Positions 55,192-64,000 of a DNA stretch of 64,000 nt are shown here, piece by piece. The translations under genes and the position numbers were made by a program. Source of the stretch: Ptychomitrium polyphyllum (taxonomy: Eukaryota); assembly GCA_973851085.1 (NCBI GenBank), contig OZ316775.1, positions 12,152,001 through 12,216,000 of the forward strand, in the 5' to 3' direction. Position 1 is the stretch's first letter, and each line of letters opens with the position of its first letter. The notes below the pieces were generated by a model. That model ran no database searches. It worked only from the letters and a program-made list of their open reading frames with translations, and was not told the origin of the DNA.

Positions 55192-58100
55192 TGTTGCAAC
55201 CCTTGTAATGCACCTTAACAAATGTTACGTGCGTCAATCCTATACACTTCCACCTGCACATGGTTAACCCCGATTTTCACTCTTCAAGTGTATCTACCAT
55301 TTTCCTTAAGACACCCAAATGATTGGTAGCCAATGGTTAGGTGCGGACTTCCATTCATGTCCAAGGCCTCACTTGGTGTTACTCCCATTCCAAACAGCCT
55401 AACCGCACTTAGTGGTGTCTCCTCGCCACCACTCATGATCCCCGTGTGATTCTAAAATCACCCCGAGCCATTATAGTGCCGACATGAAGACACCACCCTA
55501 ACTTAGTGGTAACAAGCGTGCCCTCTTGATCTCACTAGTTTCCTTTGTAAAACCGGTCATCCACCAGCTCACAATGGTGTGGGAGTCTCCGTGGTGAAGC
55601 TCCTACACTAGCTCCACCAACCAAGACTCATTCTTGGTTCCTACCGGGACATTTGCGGAGTGGGAAGGGGGACTAGCCTCTTCTATAGTACTCTCTGTGG
55701 GATTTGGCAGGCCTCATGGCCCTCTGTAGCTGGCTGAACCCCGACACATCCAAGCTTTTAGAAGACCACCCGATCTCCCTTGGGACTTAGTCACTGGAAG
55801 CCTCCCGGACTTCCTGCGGACTTTCAAGGAGCCATATCTTCCACGTTTGGTGTCCAAATCAATTGAGCAACTACTCTATTGTCATTACTCTTTGCATAGA
55901 TGCCGATAGATTCCTCAAACGTCCGATTTGAGTTAGCGCTCTAGGAGATGTGCCCCTCCCAAGGTACGGGACTCTCGGGAAGTCCCTCCTTGGACTGTCC
56001 TAGTCCAGTACAGTCATTGTCTAGGACTGCCATAGTCCAGAATTGCCCCTTGGCGACTCCAACTTTGGGATGCCATATCTTTTAGCTCCCTTGTCCAATT
56101 TGAGCAATCTTTAGCATTCTACATCCAACTCTTTCTGATTCCTTCAATGCCTACGATTTCTCTGTTGTGGCCCTTGGTCTACATGAGCAAGGATTTAACT
56201 CCCCCTTGAAGTCCTTTCCACACTAGGCTCATTTGGTTCCCCTCACTATCAATGCCACAAGTCCTAGACGTCACTCCGGGGTCCCCCTTGTGCCCTTAGT
56301 GTTGCGGGCACTCCTCAAAGAGAAGTGTGCAACACTCCACCCCACCTTAATGGAGACGATGCCTTCATCGACTATAATTGTAATCGGTATACTAATTCCA
56401 AAGTTGCCATCCTTTAGTGGTGCAACATTGTGTTTCATCTAGGGTGCGACCCCCACAATGCAGTCATAAATCTTTTGGCAAAGTCTCAAAGCTATCGCTT
56501 AGAAGGTGGTCTGTTTAGGCACCCTAGACGAAATTCTTTGGGCCCTAAACTACTTTAGACCTACCTACTTTGAGACCCTCTTGCAATAGACTCCCCAGGT
56601 AGGATACACTTCACTGACTCTACCTTCCTGACTACGGTGGACCTTAAAGCTCCACCAAATTGTCTTGGTTGCAAACCCAAGGTGGCTTTTACTCTACAAC
56701 TTGATCGCACGGGAGTATGCCAAGTTCCGCCCAACTTGGATCCCACTATCTCTATTGAGACATGGATTCATGACTCCCATGCATCAACTTTTATTAGTTT
56801 GTAGGAGTGGCGCTTTTATGAGCACGCGCCATCACCTTGTCCTTGCTCGGACAAGTCCAAGACTAAGAGGTTTTATGGTTTTAACCATTCCCCCTCCCAG
56901 CCTTGATTCCCATTACTCGGCCTTTCCAACTTGGTTTCACATGTCTATTCCCCCTCTTCTACCAACTTAGCACAAGCATAAGACTAGGACGTCATCCTCT
57001 ACTCTTCCCTTTCATACACAAAAGTCAAACTTTATTGCCACAAGTTAAAGAATCAATACATAATGTGAAGAAGTTACTGCTACAAGCCTCTCTCCTCCTA
57101 CTAAAAGAGATTGATGTCCTCATCAATGCCGACGTTGTCTTTTGTTGGAGTTCCTCTCCGTTTCAAAGCGTACTACCACTTCATTAGCATTTCCCAAATC
57201 TTTGGCCGCTATCCAAGTTGCTTCTTTTTCATGGTACCCTCTCCACTTCACCAAATACTCTTTTCCTATGTTCTTGTGGTGCCTATACTTGAGAATTCCT
57301 TCTACTTTGTATTCCAAGTGGTTGCCTACTAATTCTGGCGGTGGCCGAATCACTTGTTTGCAATTGGGCCACAAGGTGTCTTTTTTGAATGACTTAAGGA
57401 GTGAGACATGAAATGTTGGGTGCACTTTGATTTCGGGTGGTAGCTCCAACTTGTATACATCTTTAAACACCCGCTCCACAATGGAAAACGGCCCCGCAAA
57501 CTTGGACATGAACTTTGGAGTGAGGCCTTTGGGCGAGCTAAAGTTCTTCACATTCAACAACATCTTTTGGCCTACTTCATACTCCACTTCACGTCTTCCG
57601 GCATTGACTTGTTCCTTGTACCGCTTTTGTACCTTTTCCAACAAAAGCTTGGTCTTCTCTAACATCTATTCCCGCTTTTTGGCCAAGTCCTCACCATCTT
57701 GGTTAAACTCTAGTATTGAATGTGCACCTCCAAGAGCTAAGTCGGCAAGTTGGAGTGGCTCCACTCCATAGGCCACCTTAAATGGCGATTGCTTTGTCGC
57801 CGAATGATTGGCCGCATTATAACTGAACTCCGTTAGGCTCACATAATCCACCCAATTGCACTGGTCCGCACTCACAAAGTTCCTCAAGTATTGGTTCAAG
57901 ACTCCGTTCACTCGTTCCATTTGCCCATCCGTTTGAGGATGGAAGGCAGTGCTAAACATCAATTTGGTTCCAACTTTCCTAAAAAAATGTTTCCAAAAAG
58001 CACTAGTGAATTTTGAATCTCGGTCTGACACAATCATTCTCGGCAACCCGTGATATTTCCACCATGCATCGAGGAATAGCTTTGCGGTCTCATGTGCAGT

Positions 58101-61100
58101 TACGGTTCCTCTAGTTGGCACCATGTGCGCCAACTAGCTAAAGCAATCCACCATCACAAAGATGGCATCATGTCCTTGCAATTTTGAAAGACTTGTGATG
58201 AAGTCCATGGACACGCTATGCCATGGACCCGGCGGAATTGGCAAAGGTTGTAGTAGACCGGCTTGCTTTTGGTAAGAGGCTCTATTGAGTTGCCACTTCA
58301 CACAAGTTTTCACAAAGTCGGTGATGTCCGCTTTCATGCCCGGCCAATAGTACCTTCTTGACACTGCCGCTATGGTGGTTTTTTCTCCTCTATGACCGGC
58401 TATGGGACTATCATGTTCTTCTTTCAAAACCAACAACCGTAGTTTTCCTTGAGGCACATACACCCGACTTTGTTTGTACTTAAGCAATTCCTTCTTCAAC
58501 TTAATTTCCTTAAGTTTCTTATCCTTCTTAAGCTCACTTAAAAGCCTTTGTGCTTCGGAGTCCTTCATATACCCCTCTCTTATCTTCCTTTCCAAATTAC
58601 CTTCTCCTTTATACATTACTCGCAGGACTTGGGTTGTGCCCATCCCTTGCAACTCCTCTTGCCGACTTAGAGCATCCAGCACTACATTGTCACGCCCCGG
58701 CTTGTGGATCAAATGCATATTCATGAGTGCCAAGGTGTCATGCCACCTCAATTGCTTTGTACTCATTTGTGTTTGCAACTCAAAGTACTTTAAGAACACG
58801 TTGTCCGTGTAGACTTTGGTTTTATGTAGGCTTAAGTAGTGCCGCCATGTTTTCAAACAATGCACTACAGCAAAGAGTTTTTTCTCATGCGTGGGCCACC
58901 TCTTTTGGCATCCATCCAACTTCTTGCTCTCATAGGCAATTGGCATGCCTTCTTGCATGAGCACTCCGCCAATGGCAAAGTCACTTGTATCCGTGTGGAC
59001 CTCAAAGGGCTTTTCAAACTCGGGAAACTTCAATACCGGCGGTTGTGACAACTTATCCTTGAGTTCTTGAAAAGCTTGGTGACAAAATCCATCCCATACT
59101 TGGCTAGCTCCTTTCTTCAACAAGTCGGACAAAGGTCTAGCAATTTTGGAAAAGTTGCGTATGAACCTCCTATAATAATTTGCTAGGCCGAGAAATGATC
59201 TCAGTCCCTTTTGTGTAGAAGGTTGTTTCCACTCTCTAATTGCCTTTATCTTCCTTATGTCCGGCTTGATTCCATCATCCGTCATTATATGGCCCAAGAA
59301 CTCAATCTCAAGTTGACCAAACTCACTCTTTTCTCCGTTGGCATAAAGTTTGTGGTCCCTAAGTTTTTGAAGCACCACTTCGAGGTGTCTTGCATGTTCT
59401 TCCACCGACTTGGAGTACACCAAGATGTCATCAATGTAGACAATGACAAAGTCATCCATCTCTTCTCAAAAGATAATATTCATGAGGGTCGTGAACGTTG
59501 AAGGAGCATTACACAACCCAAATGGCATTACCAAAAATTCATAGGACCCATACCTAGTGCGGCATGCGGTCTTTGGCACGTCTTCATCCGCAATGCGGAT
59601 TTGATAGTAGCCCAACTTCAAGTCTATCCGACTAAAGTATTTAGCTCCCCCCAATCTATCAAACAGGTCATCAATCCGAGGCAAAGGATAGTTGTTCTTG
59701 ATGGTGGCTTTATTCACGACTCTATAGTTGACACACATGCGGAGCTTGCCAACCTTTTTGTCTACAAAGAGGACCGGTGCTCCATATGGCAACTTACTTG
59801 GTCTAACATAGCCTCTTTCCAACAAGTCATTCAATTGCTTCTTCAACTCCTCTGGCTCTTTTTGGTTCCACCGATATGGAGCCTTTGAAGGAGGCTCCGT
59901 TCTCGGTATCACTTCAATTTTGTGATCCACTTTTCTTCTTGGCGGTAACTCTGCGGGCAGCTCATTGATGAGCACATCCTTGTAACCACTTAGTACATTT
60001 TGAATGCACTTGGAAATAGTCCTAACTTCCTTGGCACTTGGCCTATTTCCTTCTTCTTGCTCCATTTGCATTACAACCACAAATTGATTATTCTCTAATT
60101 GCTCTAAAGAGACTAAGTTCAACTTGCTTCCCGCAACCATAGGAGTCCTAGTCAACTTCAATATTGCCTCCTTCTCACCACGGCGCATTACTAACCGTGC
60201 TAGCTTTTGCTTCACATCCACCACATGAGTTTCAAAAAATGGATCACCTAAAATGAGGTCTACCTCATCCATCTCACATAGTGTAAAACTTTCCTTCAAC
60301 TCCAATGTCCCATTGCTTAATGCCACATCCAACACCACCTTCTTATTCTTGTACGGTTTGCCTTTTGCAAATCGCACGTTGATGGGCTTGCTAGCTTTTT
60401 GAGCCGACAAGCCCAACTCCCTTGCTAGCTTGGGACTCATGAAGGAGTGCGTTGCCTTTGTGTCAATCAAACATGAGACATTTTTGCCATTTATTTGAGC
60501 TTCAAGGTATAAGAGACTCGACGTTGGCTTAAGGCTACTAGCTTTGGCCACAAATTGACCTTCTAAAATGTGATCCACAACACAAGTGTGATAAGCTTTG
60601 GTACTCACCTTTTTATCGGGGCACTCCGCAATGAAGTGACCAATCTTGCCACATCCATGGCAACGCTTGTGCTTCACCTCATCACTCTTATTTCCTGATG
60701 TGAATGGTTTTTTCTCATGATGGTCCACTTTGTTGTAGGCCCTTCCATCTACTTATCTCTTGTGTTTGGTTCCAAAGCCAAATTTCTTGCGTTCTCCGCC
60801 GCAAGATACATTTCGGTTCAATCCACTTTGTTGAGAAGGACCACTTGATTTTCTTTCGGGACCGTCGGCTTCAATTCTTTCCGCAAACTTAATGATTCCC
60901 GCCACGTCCTCCAAAAGCTTTGAATAAGGTGTCTACCACCCACTTTTGAAGCCCATCCAAAAAGATGCATTTCTTTGAAAACTCATCCATTTTAAATGTG
61001 GCATTCATTTGGGCATTGAAATCTTGCATATAAGTCTTGAGAGACCCGATATGCCTAATTTGTACTAAGTTTATGCCTTCCTTCAACTCTTGGTATTCCG

Positions 61101-64000
61101 GAATGAAGCGTTCACTCAACATCTCCTTAAAACTGATCCAAGACAAAGTCGCCACCAACTCCGGCTCTTACTCCTTTTTACTTGTCCACCATTGAAGAGC
61201 ATGGTCTTTCAAAAATGTCACCGCAATTGAAACTTTGTCCACCTCTTCCAGCTTTTGAATATCATAATAGTTGTCCATTTCCAAAAGAAATTCCTTCACC
61301 TTCCTGACCTTACCTAGCCCAGAAAAAGTACTTGGCATATTCACCTTGGCCAACTTCTTAGTTGAAGATGAGGGCCAGGAACCTTGTGCCATCAAATGCT
61401 GAATCAACCTCTCTTGACGAGCCCTTTCTTCTTTGCCCCGCTTGAGTTCTTGGTTCACACCATCTATGAACTCAAGCATTTTCATGCAAAAACTCAAGTC
61501 AAGGTCCTGACTTTCTAGGCCCTCAGGTCGTTCAAGAATCCTAGCTCCTGAATACTTTCCACCCTCCAATGCTTCGTCTTGTTGAGTTTCCTCAACTTCC
61601 TTGGTGACTCCAATGTCATTCCCTTGCCCATTGGAATCAAAGGATGGAACTCCATTAATCGGATCGGGGTCTTTGTTCACCCTTGTGCGTAGTCATTTAG
61701 AAGCCCCGGGCTCTCCGCCATTATCAGCCTTCTTCTGACCCATTGCCTCTTCACAATATAGCACTCAGATACTCAAAGTCTGCTCTAATATCAACTGTCG
61801 CAACCCTTGTAATGCACCTTAGTAAGTGTCACGTGCGGCAACCTTGTACACCCCCACATGCACATGGTTAACTCCCATTCTCACTCTTCAAATCCCTCTA
61901 CCATTTCTCTTAAGACACCCAATTGATTGATTGTCGCGCACCTCTCCTTGAGGAGTGCCCGCAATATTAAGGGCACAAGGGAGACCCCAAAGTGACGTCC
62001 AAAACTTGTGGCGCCGATAGTAAGGAGAACCGAGTGGGCCTAACATGGGAAGGACCCCTAAGGGGAGAAACATCCTTGCCCATGTAGATCAAGGGCCACG
62101 AGGGATAAATCATGGGCATTGAAGGAATCACAAAGAGCTGATTCTAGAATGCTAAGGATTGCCCAAATCGGACAAGGGAGCTAAAAGTTATGGCACCCCA
62201 AAGTTGGGGTTGCCAAAGGGCTGTTCTGGAGTATGGCAGCCCTACACAGTGACTGTGCTGGAGTGGGATAGTCCAGGGAGGGACTCCCCGGGAGTCCCGA
62301 ACCTTGGGAGAGGTGTATCTCCCACAATACTAATTCAAATTGGACGTTTGAGGAGTCTATCGGCATCTACGCAAAGAGTAGATGACGATAGAGTGGTCGC
62401 TTGATACATTCGGGCACCAAGTAAGGAAGATATGACGCCCTGAAGGTCCGTTGGGAGTCCCGAAGGCTTCCAGCGGCTAAGTTCCAAGGAAGATCGGGTG
62501 GTCTTCCAAAACTCTAGGTGTGTTGGGATTCAGCTAGCTCTAGAGGGCCAGAGGGCCTGCCGAATCCCACAGAGAGTACTATAAGGGAGGGCTGGTCCCC
62601 CTCCCCACTCCCCTAGTGTCCCGGTAGAGACTAAGGGTGAGTCCCGGTTGGTGGAGTTAGTGTTGGGGCTTCACCACGGGGACTCCCACACCATTGTGAG
62701 CCGGTGGACGGCCGGTTTCACAAAGGGAACTAGCACGTTCAAAAGGGTACGCTTGTTACCACTAAATTGGGGTGGTGTCTTCACACCGGCACCATGATGG
62801 CCCAGAGTGATCTTAGGATCACTTGGGCATCATAAATGGTGGTGAGGAGACACCACTAAGTGCGGTTAGGCCGTGTGGAATGGGAATAACACCAAATGAG
62901 GCCTTGGACATGAATGGAAGTCCGCATCTAACCATTGATTACTAATAAATTGAGTGTCTTAAGAGAAATGGTAGAAAGACTTGAAAAGTGAGAATGAGGG
63001 TTAACCATGTGCATGTGGGGGTGTACAGGGTTGACGTGCGTGACGCTTGCTAAGGTGCATTGCAAGGGTTGCAACATTGATAGTCAATGGTTGGGTACGG
63101 ACTTCCATTCATGTCAAAGGCTTCACTTGGTGTTACTTCCATTCCACACAGCCTAACCACATTTAGTGGTGTCTCTTCACCACCACTCATGATCTCCATG
63201 TAATCCTAAGATCACCCCGGGCCATCATGGTGCCGACATGAAGATACCATCCCAACTTAGTGGTAACAAGCATGCCCTCTTGATCTCACTAGTTCCTTTT
63301 GTGAAACTGATCATCCACCGGCTTACAATGGTGTGGGAATCTCCGTAGTGAAGCCCCAATACTAGCTCCACCAACCAAGACTCATCATGGATTCCTACCA
63401 GGACATTAAGGGAGTTGGGAGGGGGACCAACCCACCCTATAGTATTCTTTGTGAAATCTGGCAGGCCCCTTGGCCTTGTATAGCTGGCTGAACCCCAACA
63501 CACCCAAGCTTTTGGAAGACCACCCAATCTCCCTTGGAACTTAGCTGCTGAAAGGCTTTGAAATTCCCTGCGGACCTTTAGGGAGCCATATCTTCCACGT
63601 TTGGTGTCCAAATCAATTAAGTAATCACTCTATTGTCATCTACTCTTTGCGTAAATGCCGATAGATTCCTCAAACGTCCAATTTGAATTAGCGCTCTGGA
63701 AAATATGCCTCTCCCAAGGTTCGGGACTCTCGGGGAGTCCCTCCCTGGACTGTCCTAGTCTAGTACAGTCACTGTGTAGGGCTGCCACAGTCCAGAACAG
63801 CCCCTTGGCAACCCCAACTTTGGAATACCATAACTTTTAGCTCCGTTGTCCAATTTGGGCAATCTTTAGCATTCTACAATCAACTCTTTGTGAGTCCTTT
63901 AATGCCTATAATGTATCTCTTGTGGCCCTTGGTCTACATGGGCAAGGTTGTTTCTCCTCCTAGAGGTCCTTCGCACTCAAGGCCTACTCAGTTCCCCTCA
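55192..64000 (-). mobile_element. Second Ty3/gypsy chromovirus (Galadriel-like), defective; 5' LTR runs off the window end
   Basis: 3' LTR 55192-56334 (TGTTGCA...TGCAACA) with PPT GGTGGGGTGGAG adjacent. 5' LTR 61796-61931 plus 63082->64000. PBS TGATATTAGAGCA at 61781-61793 is a decayed TGGTATCAGAGC (tRNA-iMet 3' end). Domains: gag with [14 protein letters not shown], protease, RT YIDDILVY, RNase H, integrase HPQTDGQMER, chromodomain EYKVEGIL...EYLVKWRGY...TW. The lineage name is an inference. Confidence 0.92.
61932..63076 (+). mobile_element. Solo LTR (1145 bp) of the same family, inserted in inverted orientation in the 5' LTR
   Basis: Begins TGTCGC, ends TGCAACA; is the reverse complement of the 1143-bp LTR at 55192-56334; flanked by TSD TTGAT at 61927-61931 and 63077-63081. 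The host LTR resumes seamlessly at 63082. Confidence 0.93.

Noticed and set aside
56880..56960. Alternative 3' LTR boundary and PPT at ~56941
   Set aside because: The solo LTR defines the LTR as ~1.14 kb, ending at 56334 with its own adjacent PPT.

Overview
Eukaryotic nuclear DNA from a non-seed land plant, most likely a bryophyte. This is inferred from the intron-rich plant genes, the kinase family and the retrotransposon types. The left part (1-38 kb) is genic. It holds a 14-exon fumarylacetoacetase, a 6-exon COPI-associated/TVP15-like membrane protein and a 13-exon mitochondrial glutamate dehydrogenase that is the antenna-bearing animal/ciliate type, not the usual plant type. It also holds a decayed kinase, a 2OG-Fe(II) dioxygenase pseudogene head-to-head with an intact 7-exon CYP704, and the 3' end of PsbQ, cut off by a 100-N gap. 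The right part (38-64 kb) is two nests of LTR retrotransposons. Nest 1: an old direct-repeat element, a Tcn1-like Ty3/gypsy chromovirus inside it (TSD GTAAC), and a Ty1/copia inside that (TSD GGTTT). Nest 2: a copia remnant, a second chromovirus, and an inverted solo LTR of the same family inside it (TSD TTGAT). Highlights: the animal-type GDH; the Tcn1-like LTR with a self-priming signature, a hairpin over the primer sequence and heat-shock elements; three priming modes in one block; and a ~1 kb fold-back made by the inverted solo LTR. All splice models, alignments and identity figures were made by eye; protein comparisons are from memory of the families.
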